Source: an uncultured Bacillota bacterium
GTDB taxonomy: Bacteria > Bacillota_I > Bacilli_A > RF39 > UBA660
Assembly (NCBI GenBank): GCA_947165005.1
Contig: CAMUYN010000001.1
Location: 67,963-121,781 of the forward strand
DNA length: 53,819 bases
Reading direction: 5' to 3'
Every line of letters starts with the position of its first letter. Within the stretch, counting starts at the first letter, position 1. The position numbers and the translations under genes were made by a program. The notes under the pieces were generated by a model that made no database searches, was not told the DNA's origin, and worked only from the letters and a program-made list of their open reading frames with translations. Below are positions 25,226 through 37,081 of this stretch, piece by piece.

Positions 25226-26800
25226 ATGGAAGATAAGAGCGGATTAAAAGATTTTATCGAACTTGTTAAAAGAGTACTTGCTAGACATGGATATAAGGTA
25301 TCTATTGAAGAATCAAATATGCTAGATAGTTATATGGATTCTCCTAAAAGCATTAGTGAAATCAAGGATGAATTAAATGATTTTGTTAAAGAAAAATTAG
25401 ATACATTGGTTATAAATCAGGGTGAAGGGGACTTTAGACAAAACTTTAATTATCATACACACACTTTTAGATCTGGTCATTCACAATTTGTTAGTGACGA
25501 AGAGATGCTTGAAGCAGCTAAAAATATGGGTATAACTATGTTAGGTTTTACAGAGCATATTCCAAATCCACCATTAATTTTGCCTGATGAGAATAAAAGA
25601 ATGCTTTTCTCTGAAAAAGAGGAATATGTAAGATCAATAAATGAATTAAAGTCATCACATCCAGAAATGAAAATTTTAGTTGGGTATGAAGCTGAATTTG
25701 ATCCGATGAAAGAAGGTTTTCTTGGCGAATTAAGGGAAGAAGTTGACTATATGATTTTAGGCCAACATTTTGTTATTAATGGTTTAGGAAGAATAAACCC
25801 TGAAACCCCAGAATATCCTTTAATATATGCAAAAATGGTTTGTATGGGAATAGAAAGCGGTTTATTTGATATAGTAGCTCATCCTGACTTTTTTATGAGA
25901 TATAGGGATAAAATTAAGAGCAAAGAAGATAAAAAGAAATTTGAAGAAAATGCAATTATAGCAAGTAGAATGATTTGTGAAGCAGCAAGAGATATGGGTA
26001 TTCCTATTGAAATAAATTTGTCTCAAGCATCAAGTAATAGAGTTTTATCAGATGGATGTTATCATTATCCTCATCCTTTATTTTGGAGAGAAGCTGCAAA
26101 GATAGAAGGATTAAAAGTTATTAGAGGTGTAGATGCCCATAAGCCAAAAGCATTTAAAAGAGCAGGAACTGCTGAAGAACTTGTAATAGATATAGAAAGA
26201 ATGGTAAAGGATAAAATTATATATGAGAATTATGATCCTGTAGAAGCAAGAAAAAATAATAAAAAACTTCAAGAAGCATATAAAAAACATCAAGAATCAG
26301 CATTGCCTTTTGAAACAAATATGGAAGATTATGTTATATCACAAATAGAAAGTAATATAGACAAGGATTTAAGACCAGAAGAATCTGCGGTTGAAGTGGA
26401 TAATTATCTAGTTTCATCAATTGAAAATTGTGAATTTCAGGCAGGAGAAAAGAGACATGCCCTTAATGAAGAAATATTAGGAATTACTGAAAAAGGAGAT
26501 CTATCTAATCCTGAGGTCAAAAGGAAACTTGATAGAAAGAGAAAAACTAGAAATGAAGAAATAGAAATGGTTTTATCTAATCAGAAATCTATGCTAAATA
26601 AATTAAGAAAAATGGGTCTTAAAATGGCAAAAAACGGATTAATAATGAAACAAGAAAATGCTAATTATGATATTGAAAGAATAAAGACATATAAACTTGG
26701 ATCATCAAGTGAAGGGTTTGTTAGTATTATATTAATTTCTATTGTAACAATTATTGCAGGATTACTTATTATTGCAATATTATATTCACTTTATAAATAG
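25226..26800 (+). CDS. PHP-domain (HisJ-like) phosphoesterase with long charged C-terminal extension and C-terminal TM anchor
   Basis: NYHTHTFRSGHS and GFTEH, AHPD motifs of the PHP fold in aa ~75-330. Then a Lys/Glu-rich region and a terminal helix FVSIILISIVTIIAGLLIIAILY. Confidence 0.7.
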   Translation: MEDKSGLKDFIELVKRVLARHGYKVSIEESNMLDSYMDSPKSISEIKDELNDFVKEKLDTLVINQGEGDFRQNFNYHTHTFRSGHSQFVSDEEMLEAAKNMGITMLGFTEHIPNPPLILPDENKRMLFSEKEEYVRSINELKSSHPEMKILVGYEAEFDPMKEGFLGELREEVDYMILGQHFVINGLGRINPETPEYPLIYAKMVCMGIESGLFDIVAHPDFFMRYRDKIKSKEDKKKFEENAIIASRMICEAARDMGIPIEINLSQASSNRVLSDGCYHYPHPLFWREAAKIEGLKVIRGVDAHKPKAFKRAGTAEELVIDIERMVKDKIIYENYDPVEARKNNKKLQEAYKKHQESALPFETNMEDYVISQIESNIDKDLRPEESAVEVDNYLVSSIENCEFQAGEKRHALNEEILGITEKGDLSNPEVKRKLDRKRKTRNEEIEMVLSNQKSMLNKLRKMGLKMAKNGLIMKQENANYDIERIKTYKLGSSSEGFVSIILISIVTIIAGLLIIAILYSLYK

Positions 26801-26825
26801 AAAACTCACTTATGTGAGTTATTTT
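26801..26825 (+). terminator. Hairpin terminator, near-identical to 24105-24131
   Basis: aaaactcacttatgtgagttatttt. Confidence 0.6.
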
Positions 26826-26875
26826 GTATTAAAATGTATTATTAAAAAATAGTATATTGTATTAGGGTGATAAAG

Positions 26876-27031
26876 ATGAAAGATATGCTAATACTATATA
26901 GAAATTATTTGTTTGCTCTCAGTGAAAGAGAAGAATATGGTGATAAATATGGTGATACTGAAGAACTAATTGAAATGTATGAAATGAAATTAAAAAACAT
27001 AATAGATAAGGAAAATAAAGATATATATTGA
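26876..27031 (+). CDS. Possible small acidic protein (51 aa)
   Basis: RBS gggtga 5 nt before the ATG. MKDMLILYRNYLFALSEREEYGDKYGDTEELIEMYEMKLKNIIDKENKDIY. Below the ORF-track cutoff; no homology inferable. Confidence 0.3.
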   Translation: MKDMLILYRNYLFALSEREEYGDKYGDTEELIEMYEMKLKNIIDKENKDIY

Positions 27032-27171
27032 TATTAATTTTAAAGAGATGACATAAATTTCAGATTATTAAAATACTAATGCTTTATGTCCAACGTGATG
27101 TATGTTATAATGGATATAAGTTTAGATTTATAAATGTTTGTGGAGCTATTTAAGCACATTAGATAGATTGA

Positions 27172-27539
27172 ACTATAAGTAAGACTGATAATGATTGTTT
27201 TATAGTTAGAAATGGTATTTATGGTGGATTATTAGATAATCAATTATATCATAAAGAATTCAAATTATTCCTGCCGGTAGAAGATAGATTTGCAAGAATA
27301 TATAAGGAAGAATTTGAAGGAAGTAAATCATTTAAATTATGCGGGCATCTAGTGATTCTGGTGATGGACTTGGAACATTTTTTATTAATGAAAAATTCTA
27401 TGAAAAACTACAACCAGGTGCAAAAATAATAGTATTAGATGAATTAACATATTGTGAAGAATTCATTATGCCACTTGGTGGAGATTTAGAACACGAATAC
27501 CATATTGTTAACTGTAAAACTATTTCTAAGAAGAGGTAA
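27172..27539 (+). pseudogene. Possible frameshifted/5'-truncated gene remnant upstream of pnuC
   Basis: One frame is open 27172-~27425 without a start codon (..CFIVRNGIYGGLLDNQLYHKEFKLFLPVEDRFARIYKEEFEGSKSFKL). It overlaps the listed 66-aa ORF 27339-27539 in another frame; a 1-nt shift near 27335-27345 would fuse them. Confidence 0.35.
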
Positions 27540-27541
27540 AT

Positions 27542-28213
27542 ATGTTTAAAGGATGGAATTTATTTGAAAAATTATTTTTATTTCTAGGTACATTGGCAGC
27601 AGCTTTAGTTTCGTTTGTGTTTAAAGGAACATGGATTGATTTAGGATATGCATTATTATATTTCTGGACTGCTTTATTATTAGCAAAAGGAAAATATTCT
27701 TGTTATATTATAGGAATAATAAGTACTTTCTTTTATGCATATGTTTCATACAGTAATACTTATTATGGTGAAATGGTTATTGCACTTTGCTGCACTTTAC
27801 CATTAATGGTAGTAGGTTTAGTTAACTGGATTAGACATCAAGACAATGAAAAAATAGTTATAATAAAATGTATAACAAAAAAAGAAATAATATTAGTATT
27901 AATATCACAAGCAATTATGTTTTTTGGATATTACTATTTATTAAAAACATTTAATACTAGTAATTTATTAGTTAGCACAATTAGTGTGGTAGCTAGTATA
28001 ATTGCTACATATTTGACTGCTAGAAGAAGTGAATATGGGTTTATAGGATTTATAATAAATGATATTATTTTAATAGTATTATGGAGTATACCGGTATTTA
28101 ATGGAAATCTTAGTATTATTCCAGTATTAATATGTCCAGTATTATTATTAATTAATGATATATATGGTGTATATAATTGGAGAAGAATAAAGATTAAACA
28201 AAAGACTAGATAA
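27542..28213 (+). CDS. pnuC: Nicotinamide riboside transporter PnuC family
   Basis: 223 aa, about 7 TM helices. Size and W-rich motifs (LVNWIRHQ, NDIYGVYNW) fit PnuC. Confidence 0.6.
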   Translation: MFKGWNLFEKLFLFLGTLAAALVSFVFKGTWIDLGYALLYFWTALLLAKGKYSCYIIGIISTFFYAYVSYSNTYYGEMVIALCCTLPLMVVGLVNWIRHQDNEKIVIIKCITKKEIILVLISQAIMFFGYYYLLKTFNTSNLLVSTISVVASIIATYLTARRSEYGFIGFIINDIILIVLWSIPVFNGNLSIIPVLICPVLLLINDIYGVYNWRRIKIKQKTR

Positions 28214-28251
28214 ACTAGTCTTTTTTTTATATAATTAATTTAGGTGATTTT

Positions 28252-28836
28252 ATGAATCAATATTTTGATAACAACGAAAAACTTGACAGTGAAATAAAGG
28301 AATTCTTTGTGCAGATAAAAGATATAAATATGTATCTTTATACTGATAATGGAGTTTTTAATAAAAAGGGACTAGATTTTGGCACTAGAGTACTACTTGA
28401 AAACATTGATATTACTAATAAAAACTCATTTCTTGATGTAGGATGTGGTTGTGGACCAATCGGGTTCTTTTTGCTACTTAGTGGAAAAGAAAATGTGGAT
28501 ATGGTGGATGTTAATAATAGGGCAATAAATTTAACTAAAATGGGCCTTAAGAAAAATCATATAAAAGCTAATGTTTTTAATAGTGATATATATTCTAATG
28601 TAGATGGTAAATATGATATGATCATTACTAATCCACCGATACATGCTGGTAAATCTAAAATATATGAAATAATAAGGGAATCTATCAATCATTTAAATGA
28701 TAATGGAGAGATATGGCTAGTAATAAGAAAAGATCAAGGCGCTAAGTCATTAATTAGTGATAATAGTGACATTTTTAACTTTGAAATTATAGATAAAATT
28801 AAGGGGTTTTGGATCATAAAAGGTCAAATAAAGTGA
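28252..28836 (+). CDS. Class I SAM-dependent methyltransferase (RsmC/YbxB-like)
   Basis: LDVGCGCGPIG SAM motif and ITNPPIHAG (NPPxH). Lies immediately upstream of rpoB, like ybxB in B. subtilis. Confidence 0.8.
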   Translation: MNQYFDNNEKLDSEIKEFFVQIKDINMYLYTDNGVFNKKGLDFGTRVLLENIDITNKNSFLDVGCGCGPIGFFLLLSGKENVDMVDVNNRAINLTKMGLKKNHIKANVFNSDIYSNVDGKYDMIITNPPIHAGKSKIYEIIRESINHLNDNGEIWLVIRKDQGAKSLISDNSDIFNFEIIDKIKGFWIIKGQIK

Positions 28837-28882
28837 AAATTTACATAATTTTCATTTTTTTTACAAAAAAAATAAAAAAATG

Positions 28883-28911
28883 TTGACATTATTTTAATAT
28901 TTTGGTAGTAT
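28883..28911 (+). promoter_or_regulatory. Sigma-A-type promoter upstream of rpoB (TTGACA-17-TAGTAT)
   Basis: ttgaca 28883-28888, tagtat 28906-28911. Confidence 0.5.
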
Positions 28912-28989
28912 TTTAAATTGGTACTATGTCCTCTTTTTGGCTTTTTGAGGGCATGTTCTTTGAATATTATTGTTAGGGGTGAAGATATA

Positions 28990-31900
28990 GTGGCATATAA
29001 AACAAAAAAAGTATGTAAAGACCGTGAAAGAAGAGATTTTTCAAGAATTCCAAACTCATTAGAATTAAAGGATTTGCTTGAAATTCAAAAGAAATCTTAT
29101 GCATGGTTTATTGAAGAAGGAATCAAAGAAGTATTGGATGAAATCTTCCCAGTAGATAACTTCGCAGGAACTTTATCTTTAGAAATTACTGATTATTCTT
29201 TAGATGAACCAAGATTCACAATTAAAGAGTGTAAAGAAAGAAAGACCTCTTATGTGGCTCCTTTAAAGGTACAGGCTCGACTATTTAATAATGAGACTGG
29301 AGAAGTTAAGGAACAAGAATTATTCTTTGGTGATATGCCAATAATGACCGAAAGTGGAACTTTCGTTATTAATGGTGCAGAAAGAGTTATTGTTTCTCAA
29401 TTAGTTAGATCTCCATCTGTTTATTATGGAGTTGAGACAGATAAGAATGGTAGAAATGTATTTACATCTCAAATTATTCCTAATAGAGGGACTTGGTTAG
29501 AATATAAACTAAATAGTAAAGATGGTGTTGATGTTAAGATTGATAGAAACAGAAAAGTAACTGTTACTACATTCTTAAGAGCATTTGGTTTATCTAGTAA
29601 TGCTGATATAGCTGATTTATATGGTGAAGATGAATATTTATTAAATACAATGGAAAAAGATTCAACTTCTACAACAGATGAAGCATTAATAGAAATATAT
29701 GAAAAATTAAAACCAGGTGAACCAGCAACTCTAGATTCAGCAAAGAACCATTTAATTACAAGATTCTTTGATGCATTTAGATATGATCTATCTAAGGTTG
29801 GTAGATATAAATATAATAAGAAATTAAATGTTTTAGATAGAATATTTGGTTTAACACTTGCTGAAGATATTAAAGATAAATCTGGTAAGAAAGTATTATT
29901 CCCTAAAGGAACAGAAATAGATAGAGAAGTTTATAATAAATTAAAACCATTATTATTAGATGGATTAAACATAGTAGAAGTTAATATAAATGAAGAATTA
30001 GATACTTATAACAAAGTACAAGTTGTTAAAGTATATTCTCCTAATAATAAAGATAAGGTTATTAATATAATTGGTAATGATCCAAGTATAACTGAAAAGA
30101 GATTAACTATTTCTGATATATATGCATCTGTTTCATATTATCTAAACTTATTACAAGGAATAGGTCATATAGATGAAATAGACCATTTATCAAATCGTAG
30201 AGTTAAACAAGTTGGTGAATTAATTCAAAACCAATTCAGAATTGGTGTTACAAGAATGGAAAGAGTTATTCGCGAAAGAATGACTACTATTGAAGAAGCT
30301 GATGCTACTCCAAAAGCATTAATTAATATCAGACCAATTACTGCTGTTATTAAAGAATTCTTTGGAAGTTCACAACTTTCTCAATTCATGGATCAAATTA
30401 ACCCAATATCAGAATTAACTAACAAGAGAAGATTATCTAGTTTAGGACCAGGTGGATTATCAAGAGAAAGAGCTGCCATGGAAGTGCGTGACGTTAATGA
30501 CTCACACTACGGTAGAATCTGTCCTATCGAATCACCAGAAGGACCAAACATCGGATTAATTACATCACTTGCTAACTATGCAAAAGTAAATGAATATGGA
30601 TTTATAATGACTCCATATAGACAAGTTAAAAATGGTGTATTACAAGAACAAATAGATTATTTAACTGCTGATGAAGAATTAGATTATGTTATTTCACAAG
30701 CAACAGTTAAAATGGATGGTAATAAAATAGTTGATAAAGAAGTAGCTGCAAGATTTAAAGGTGAAAATATTATAGCTAAGACTGAAGAAGTTAACTATAT
30801 TGATGTTTCTGCTCAACAAATTATATCAGTTACTGCATCATGTATCCCATTCCTAGATCACGATGATGCTCACCGTGCATTAATGGGTGCAAACATGCAA
30901 CGTCAAGCATTACCATTATTAAAACCAGAAGCTCCATTTGTTGGTACTGGTGTTGAATACATGATTGCTAGAGATTCTGGAGCTACTATAGTTTGTAAGG
31001 CTGACGGTGTAGTTGAATACGCTGATGGTAAGAAAATTATAGTTAAAACTACTGGTGGTAAAAAAGATGTTTATACATTAATGAACTATGAAGGTTCAAA
31101 TAACTATACATGTTATCATCAAAAACCAATAGTTAAGGCTGGAGACAAAGTTAAGAAAGATATGATAATTGCTGATGGACCAAGTACAGATAAAGGTGAA
31201 TTAGCATTAGGTAAAAACATGACAGTAGCATTTACTACATTCGAAGGATATAACTATGAAGATGCTATTGTATTAAATGAAAGATTAGTAAAAGATGATG
31301 CATTTACATCAATCTATATAGAAAGTTTCTCTATTCAATGTAGAGATACTAAATTAGGACCAGAAGAAATTACTAGAGATATTCCTAATGTATCAGAAGA
31401 TGCAGTTAAGAATCTAGATGCTGATGGTATTATTAGAATAGGTACTGAAGTTAGAGAAAATGATATCTTAGTAGGTAAAGTTACTCCAAAGGGAGTTGTT
31501 GAACTTACTTCAGAAGAAAAATTATTACATGCTATCTTCGGTGAAAAAACAAGAGAAGTTCGTGACACATCTCTACGTGTTCCACATGGTGTTGATGGTA
31601 TCGTTCACGATATTAAAGTATATACTAAGAAGGATAATGAAGAATTACCTTCTGGTGTTAGTAAAGAAATAAGAGTTTATATAATTCAAAAGAGAAAGAT
31701 CCAAGTTGGAGATAAGATGGCTGGACGTCATGGTAACAAAGGATGTATTTCATTAGTATTACCTGAAGAAGATATGCCTTATTTACCAGATGGAAGACCA
31801 GTTGATATCTTATTAAACCCACAAGGTGTTCCTTCTCGTATGAACTTAGGACAAGTTCTAGAATTACACTTAGGTATGGCTGCTAAGAATCTTGGAGTTT

Positions 31901-32598
31901 ATTGTTCTACACCAGTATTTGATGGTGCAACAATAGAAGATATCCAAGATATGATGAAAGAAGCTAAGATGAGTCCAGATGGTAAAACTACTCTATATGA
32001 TGGTAGAACTGGTGAACCATTTGATAATAAAGTTGCAGTTGGAGTTATGTATATGATTAAACTTGACCACATGGTTGATGATAAATTACATGCTAGATCA
32101 ACTGGACCATACTCATTAGTTACTCAACAACCTCTTGGAGGTAAAGCTCAATTTGGTGGACAAAGATTTGGAGAAATGGAAGTTTGGGCATTATATGCAT
32201 ATGGTGCTTCAAATGTACTTCAAGAAATCTTAACTGTTAAATCAGATGATGTTGTAGGAAGAGTTAAAGTATATGAAGACATAGTTAAAGGAAATCCAAT
32301 ACATCAAGCTGGAATACCAGAAAGCTTTAGAGTATTAGTTAAAGAATTCCAAGCTTTAGGTTTAGATATATCAATGCTTGATGAATCAGGTAAATATATT
32401 GGTATTACTGAACTAGAAAAGGAAGAAAATAAAGAAGAGAATAATACTTCTTTCGATAATATAGATATAGGTATTAAAAAGCCAGAAGAAGATCAAAAAG
32501 TAAATACAACTTTAGTTACTGAAGAAGAATTAGAAACAGAGGAAACTGAAGAAGAATTTGAAGAAGACTTTGATGATATGGAAGGGGATGAAGAATAA
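28990..32598 (+). CDS. rpoB: DNA-directed RNA polymerase subunit beta
   Basis: GTG at 28990 after RBS aggggtgaag (the ORF-track start 28918 gives a non-homologous extension). [16 protein letters not shown].., GRHGNKG, long acidic C-terminal tail. Confidence 0.95.
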   Translation: MAYKTKKVCKDRERRDFSRIPNSLELKDLLEIQKKSYAWFIEEGIKEVLDEIFPVDNFAGTLSLEITDYSLDEPRFTIKECKERKTSYVAPLKVQARLFNNETGEVKEQELFFGDMPIMTESGTFVINGAERVIVSQLVRSPSVYYGVETDKNGRNVFTSQIIPNRGTWLEYKLNSKDGVDVKIDRNRKVTVTTFLRAFGLSSNADIADLYGEDEYLLNTMEKDSTSTTDEALIEIYEKLKPGEPATLDSAKNHLITRFFDAFRYDLSKVGRYKYNKKLNVLDRIFGLTLAEDIKDKSGKKVLFPKGTEIDREVYNKLKPLLLDGLNIVEVNINEELDTYNKVQVVKVYSPNNKDKVINIIGNDPSITEKRLTISDIYASVSYYLNLLQGIGHIDEIDHLSNRRVKQVGELIQNQFRIGVTRMERVIRERMTTIEEADATPKALINIRPITAVIKEFFGSSQLSQFMDQINPISELTNKRRLSSLGPGGLSRERAAMEVRDVNDSHYGRICPIESPEGPNIGLITSLANYAKVNEYGFIMTPYRQVKNGVLQEQIDYLTADEELDYVISQATVKMDGNKIVDKEVAARFKGENIIAKTEEVNYIDVSAQQIISVTASCIPFLDHDDAHRALMGANMQRQALPLLKPEAPFVGTGVEYMIARDSGATIVCKADGVVEYADGKKIIVKTTGGKKDVYTLMNYEGSNNYTCYHQKPIVKAGDKVKKDMIIADGPSTDKGELALGKNMTVAFTTFEGYNYEDAIVLNERLVKDDAFTSIYIESFSIQCRDTKLGPEEITRDIPNVSEDAVKNLDADGIIRIGTEVRENDILVGKVTPKGVVELTSEEKLLHAIFGEKTREVRDTSLRVPHGVDGIVHDIKVYTKKDNEELPSGVSKEIRVYIIQKRKIQVGDKMAGRHGNKGCISLVLPEEDMPYLPDGRPVDILLNPQGVPSRMNLGQVLELHLGMAAKNLGVYCSTPVFDGATIEDIQDMMKEAKMSPDGKTTLYDGRTGEPFDNKVAVGVMYMIKLDHMVDDKLHARSTGPYSLVTQQPLGGKAQFGGQRFGEMEVWALYAYGASNVLQEILTVKSDDVVGRVKVYEDIVKGNPIHQAGIPESFRVLVKEFQALGLDISMLDESGKYIGITELEKEENKEENNTSFDNIDIGIKKPEEDQKVNTTLVTEEELETEETEEEFEEDFDDMEGDEE

Positions 32599-35500
32599 TG
32601 GATGCAAATAGATTTGAAGGTATAAGAATTTCCATTGCTTCTCCTGAAAAAATAAGATCATGGTCTTATGGTGAAGTTAAAAAGCCAGAAACAATAAACT
32701 ATAGAACATTAAAACCTGAAAGAGACGGTCTTTTCTGTGAAAAGATATTCGGACCTTCTAAAGATTATGAATGTTCTTGTGGAAAATACAAAAGATTAAG
32801 ATATAAAGATATTATTTGTGATAGATGTGGTGTAGAAGTTACTTCTTCTAAAGTTAGAAGAGAAAGAATGGGACACATTGAACTAGCTACACCTGTCTCA
32901 CATATTTGGTTCTTTAAAGGAGTTCCTTCTAGAATGGGATTAGTTCTAGATATGTCTCCAAGAGACCTAGAAGAAGTTTTATACTTCGTAAGTTATGTTG
33001 TTATTAATCCAGGAAATGCACCACTAGAAAAGAAACAAACTTTATCTGATAAAGAATATAGAGTTTATTATGAAAAATATGGTGATGGATTTGAAGCTGG
33101 AATGGGTGCTGAAGCTATTAAGAAACTTCTTATGGAAGTTGATATAAAAGCCGAAATAGCTAAGATTCAACAAGAATTAGAAGGTGCTCAAGAACAAAAG
33201 AGAGTTAGATTATTAAAGAGACTTGAAATATTAGATGCATTTGATAAATCAGGAAATAGACCTGAATGGATGATACTAGATTGTATTCCAGTTATTCCAC
33301 CAGAACTAAGACCTATGATTCAATTAGATGGTGGTAGATTTGCTACATCTGATTTAAATGATCTATATAGAAGAGTTATTAATAGAAATAATCGTTTAAA
33401 GAAATTATTAGAATTAGGTGCTCCTTCTATTATCGTTCAAAACGAAAAGAGAATGCTACAAGAAGCAGTTGATGCTTTATTCGATAATGGTAGAAGAGGT
33501 AGAAACGTTACTGGACCAAGTAATAGAGCCTTAAAATCATTAAGTTCTATGCTTAAAGGTAAACAAGGTAGATTTAGACAAAACTTACTTGGTAAACGTG
33601 TTGACTATTCAGGACGTTCAGTTATCGTTGTAGGACCAAATCTTAAGATGTATCAATGTGGTATTCCTAAAGAAATGGCACTAGAATTATTTAAACCACA
33701 TGTAATTAGAGGTTTAATTGAAAAAGAAATATGTCACAATATAAAAGCTGCTAAGCGAATGATAGAAAACCAAGATGATAGAGTTTGGGATATAGTTGAA
33801 GAAGTAATTAAAGGACATCCTGTATTATTAAACAGAGCTCCTACATTACATAGACTAGGTATTCAAGCATTTGAACCTAAACTAATCGATGGTAAAGCTA
33901 TTAGATTACATCCATTATCATGTCCAGCGTTTAACGCAGACTTCGATGGAGACCAAATGGCTGTACACGTTCCTCTATCTAATGAAGCTCAAGCAGAAGC
34001 TAAGATATTAATGTTAGGATCAGGAAATATCTTAAAACCATCTTCAGGAGAACCAGTTGTTACTCCATCACAAGATATGGTTTTAGGTAATTACTACTTA
34101 ACTATGGAAAAACTTTCTGATGAAGAAGGTAGAGTATTTAAAAACCCAAATGAAGCTTTAATGGCTTATGAAAGAAGAGAAATTGATCTTCATACAAGAA
34201 TTGTTGTTCCTGTAAATTCATTTAGACATAAAGTATTCTTAGATACTCAAAAAGATAAATATTTAATAACTACTGTAGGTAAGATTAAATTTAATGAAAT
34301 CTTCCCAGATACATTCCAATATATTAATGAAGGAAGTAAAGAAAATATTGAAGGAACTACTCCAGATAAATATTTTGTTAAGATGGGTGGAGATTATAAA
34401 CAAGCTATTAAAAACTTACCTATAAATGATGGTATTATTAAGAAGAGTATTAAAGCCATCATTGAACAAGTATTTAAAAGATATAAGACTACTGAAACTT
34501 CTATAATGCTTGATAGACTAAAAGATTTAGGATTCAAATATGCAACTAAATCTGGTATTACTATGTCAGCATTTGATATTATGACTAGTGAGCATAAACA
34601 AGAAATTATAGATGAAGGTAAAAAGAAAGTTGAACAAGTTACTAAACAATATTCAAGAGGTTTAATAACTGATGAAGAAAGATATAATAAAGTTGTAGAA
34701 ATCTGGAATAAGGCTACTGCAGATGTTCAAAGTGAGTTATCAGAAATTTCTAAACAAAATGGTGATAATCCAGTATTCATGATGATGAATTCTGGTGCCC
34801 GTGGATCTATGGGACAATTTGGACAAATGGCTGGTATGCGTGGATTAATTGCTAAACCAAATGGTAAAGCGGTTGAAATTCCAATTACTTCTAACTTTAA
34901 AGAAGGTATGGATGTTTCAGAATACTTCTTATCAGCACATGGTAACAGAAAAGGTATCGTTGATACTGCATTAAAGACTGCAAACTCTGGATACTTAACA
35001 AGAAGATTTGTTGATGTTGTTCAAGACGTTGTAGTTAAAGAAGAAGACTGTGGTACTATTCAAGGTGTTACAGTTAGAGCATTTATTAATGATAAAGATG
35101 GAAGTGTTATTGAAAGTTTAAGAAACAGAATTGTTGGTAGATATACTAATAAGAAAGTTATTAATCCAGAAACTAAAGATGTTATTATTGATAAAAATGA
35201 ATATATAACTGATAACATAGCAGACAAGATCATAAAAGCAGGTATTGAAGAAGTTGAAATAAGAACAACACTTACTTGTAAAACTCATGACGGTGTTTGT
35301 AGAAAATGTTATGGTAAAAACTTAGCAACTAATAATATAGTTGAAATAGGTGAAGCTGTAGGTATTATGGCTGCTCAATCTATCGGTGAACCAGGTACTC
35401 AGTTAACAATGAGAACATTCCACTCTGGTGGTGTTGCTTCAGAAGACGATATAACTCAAGGTCTTCCAAGAGTTGAAGAAGTATTCGAAGCAAGAACTCC

Positions 35501-36224
35501 AAAGATGAAATCTTCTGTTGCTGAAATTGGTGGAGAAGTTACAAACGTTGAAAACTTAAATGGTAAATTTAAAGTTACTATTAAGAATGATAAAGAAACT
35601 CATGAACAAACTACAAACTATGGTGTTAAGATTAAAGTTCAAGTTGGAGATAAAGTTAAACCAGGTGATATGCTTAATGAAGGTTCTATTTCTCCAAAAG
35701 AATTACTTGCTGTAACAGATCCAATAACTGTACAAGATTATATAATTCAAGAAGTTCAAAAAGTTTATGCATCACAAGGTGTTGATATCTCAGATAAACA
35801 CATCGAAATGATTGCTAGAAAAATGATTAATAGAATTAGAATAGTTGATAAAGGTGAAACTAATATGTTAGTTGGTAAAGTAATATCAATTAATGAATTT
35901 AGAGAAGTTAACCAACATGCCTTATTAGAAGGTAAGAAACCAGCTACTGGTAGACCTATCTTACTTGGTATAACTAAAGCCTCTCTAGAAACTGATTCAT
36001 TCTTATCTGCTGCATCATTCCAAGAAACTACAAGAGTTCTTACTGATGCTGCTATTAATGGTAAACTTGATGAATTAAAAGGTCTAAAAGAAAACGTTAT
36101 AATTGGTAAATTAATCCCAGCTGGTACTGGATTAAAACAATATTCAAAAGTAGAATATACTATGGATAAAGAATATTATGACGAAGAACCAATTGATGTA
36201 TTAGAAGAAGAATTATCTGAATAA
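32598..36224 (+). CDS. rpoC: DNA-directed RNA polymerase subunit beta'
   Basis: TAATG overlap with rpoB. Zn finger [15 protein letters not shown], catalytic [12 protein letters not shown]. Confidence 0.96.
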   Translation: MDANRFEGIRISIASPEKIRSWSYGEVKKPETINYRTLKPERDGLFCEKIFGPSKDYECSCGKYKRLRYKDIICDRCGVEVTSSKVRRERMGHIELATPVSHIWFFKGVPSRMGLVLDMSPRDLEEVLYFVSYVVINPGNAPLEKKQTLSDKEYRVYYEKYGDGFEAGMGAEAIKKLLMEVDIKAEIAKIQQELEGAQEQKRVRLLKRLEILDAFDKSGNRPEWMILDCIPVIPPELRPMIQLDGGRFATSDLNDLYRRVINRNNRLKKLLELGAPSIIVQNEKRMLQEAVDALFDNGRRGRNVTGPSNRALKSLSSMLKGKQGRFRQNLLGKRVDYSGRSVIVVGPNLKMYQCGIPKEMALELFKPHVIRGLIEKEICHNIKAAKRMIENQDDRVWDIVEEVIKGHPVLLNRAPTLHRLGIQAFEPKLIDGKAIRLHPLSCPAFNADFDGDQMAVHVPLSNEAQAEAKILMLGSGNILKPSSGEPVVTPSQDMVLGNYYLTMEKLSDEEGRVFKNPNEALMAYERREIDLHTRIVVPVNSFRHKVFLDTQKDKYLITTVGKIKFNEIFPDTFQYINEGSKENIEGTTPDKYFVKMGGDYKQAIKNLPINDGIIKKSIKAIIEQVFKRYKTTETSIMLDRLKDLGFKYATKSGITMSAFDIMTSEHKQEIIDEGKKKVEQVTKQYSRGLITDEERYNKVVEIWNKATADVQSELSEISKQNGDNPVFMMMNSGARGSMGQFGQMAGMRGLIAKPNGKAVEIPITSNFKEGMDVSEYFLSAHGNRKGIVDTALKTANSGYLTRRFVDVVQDVVVKEEDCGTIQGVTVRAFINDKDGSVIESLRNRIVGRYTNKKVINPETKDVIIDKNEYITDNIADKIIKAGIEEVEIRTTLTCKTHDGVCRKCYGKNLATNNIVEIGEAVGIMAAQSIGEPGTQLTMRTFHSGGVASEDDITQGLPRVEEVFEARTPKMKSSVAEIGGEVTNVENLNGKFKVTIKNDKETHEQTTNYGVKIKVQVGDKVKPGDMLNEGSISPKELLAVTDPITVQDYIIQEVQKVYASQGVDISDKHIEMIARKMINRIRIVDKGETNMLVGKVISINEFREVNQHALLEGKKPATGRPILLGITKASLETDSFLSAASFQETTRVLTDAAINGKLDELKGLKENVIIGKLIPAGTGLKQYSKVEYTMDKEYYDEEPIDVLEEELSE

Positions 36225-36235
36225 TTCTTCTTTTT
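36207..36235 (+). terminator. Intrinsic terminator overlapping the rpoC stop
   Basis: gaagaatta(36207-36215)/taattcttc(36222-36230) followed by ttttt. Confidence 0.65.
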
Positions 36236-36265
36236 ATTATGCTATAATTGTTTTAGGTGATATAT

Positions 36266-36826
36266 ATGAAAGAAATAGAAATATTAGTAGAGGTTCATAC
36301 TCCTATAGATGAATGTAAAAAAGAATTAGAAAAATATGAATATATTGATCAAAAAGAAGTAATAGATATATATTATTATGATCCACTTAGGGAAGATTTA
36401 AAACCTAATGAAAAAAATGAAATAAATCAATGCATGAGATTAAGAAAAAAAGCTGATAAAACTTATATAACTTATAAAGTAGATAAATTTGATGATAATA
36501 ATATATGGCTTTATTCTGATGAATATGAAACTGAAGTAAAAGACTTTAATAAAACAAAAGAAATAATTGATTTGTTAGGTCTAAAAGAATTATTAACTAT
36601 TTATAATAAAAAGAGTATTTATAAAACAGATAAATTTGAAATAGCTTTAGAAGAAGTAAATGATTTAGGAACATTCTTAGAAGTAGAATATTGTACTGAT
36701 GAGGATGTTGATGTGATATCAATAAAAAAGGAAATACAAGAATTTATTAACCATCTTAACATAGAGACATCAGAAGAATTACATATGGGTAAACCAGAGA
36801 TGATGCTAAATAAAATAAATGGTTAG
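36266..36826 (+). CDS. CYTH-domain protein (CyaB-like class IV adenylyl cyclase / triphosphatase)
   Basis: N-terminal EIEILVEV (ExExK-like) and alternating acidic strands ..YETEV.., LEVEY. RBS aggtga supports the ATG at 36266. Confidence 0.7.
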   Translation: MKEIEILVEVHTPIDECKKELEKYEYIDQKEVIDIYYYDPLREDLKPNEKNEINQCMRLRKKADKTYITYKVDKFDDNNIWLYSDEYETEVKDFNKTKEIIDLLGLKELLTIYNKKSIYKTDKFEIALEEVNDLGTFLEVEYCTDEDVDVISIKKEIQEFINHLNIETSEELHMGKPEMMLNKING

Positions 36827-36855
36827 TTGAATAATACTAATGTATATGTTATAAT
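36827..36855 (+). promoter_or_regulatory. Strong sigma-A promoter (TTGAAT-17-TATAAT with TGn extended -10)
   Basis: ttgaat 36827-36832, tgt-tataat with the -10 at 36850-36855. Confidence 0.6.
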
Positions 36856-36861
36856 GTATGT

Positions 36862-36971
36862 AATGAAGGAAACTTCATACAATAAAAAAGGATACGCTTG
36901 ATTGCAAGAATCAGACGTAATCCCTTATGGATGGCATCTGAAATCAACAGTTGTTGAAATCAGATGTTTTT
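36862..36971 (+). ncRNA. Candidate ~110-nt structured small RNA or leader of unknown class
   Basis: Lies between the promoter and a terminator. Hairpin gaag-gaaa-cttc (36865-36876). Stem ggatacg(36890-36896)/cgtaatcc(36916-36923) enclosing tgatt-gcaag-aatca. Terminator catctgaaatcaac-agtt-gttgaaatcagatg + ttttt (36935-36971). Confidence 0.4.
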
Positions 36972-36997
36972 ATTATCTAAATAGTAAGGTGATTACT

Positions 36998-37081
36998 ATG
37001 AAAAATAATAGTAATATTACTATAAATAGAGATAATTCTCTTTTAGTCATAACATCACCGCCTTTCATACTTATAGTATAA
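36998..37081 (+). CDS. Possible 27-aa peptide (MKNNSNITINRDNSLLVITSPPFILIV)
   Basis: RBS aaggtga 5 nt before the ATG. Hydrophobic C-terminus. Flanked by inverted 12-mers atcagatgtttt(36960-36971)/aaaacatctgat(37087-37098). Confidence 0.25.
   Translation: MKNNSNITINRDNSLLVITSPPFILIV

Noticed and set aside
28918-28989. N-terminal extensions in ORF-track starts (rpoB 28918, rpsL 43029, tuf 46101, secA 15960, murA 4415, rpiB 6006, GT4 8112, CYTH 36257, 40456, 47453, 20630, 22184, 3162)
   Set aside because: The extensions are non-homologous, often overlap promoters or terminators, and a downstream start with a properly spaced Shine-Dalgarno matches the conserved N-terminus.
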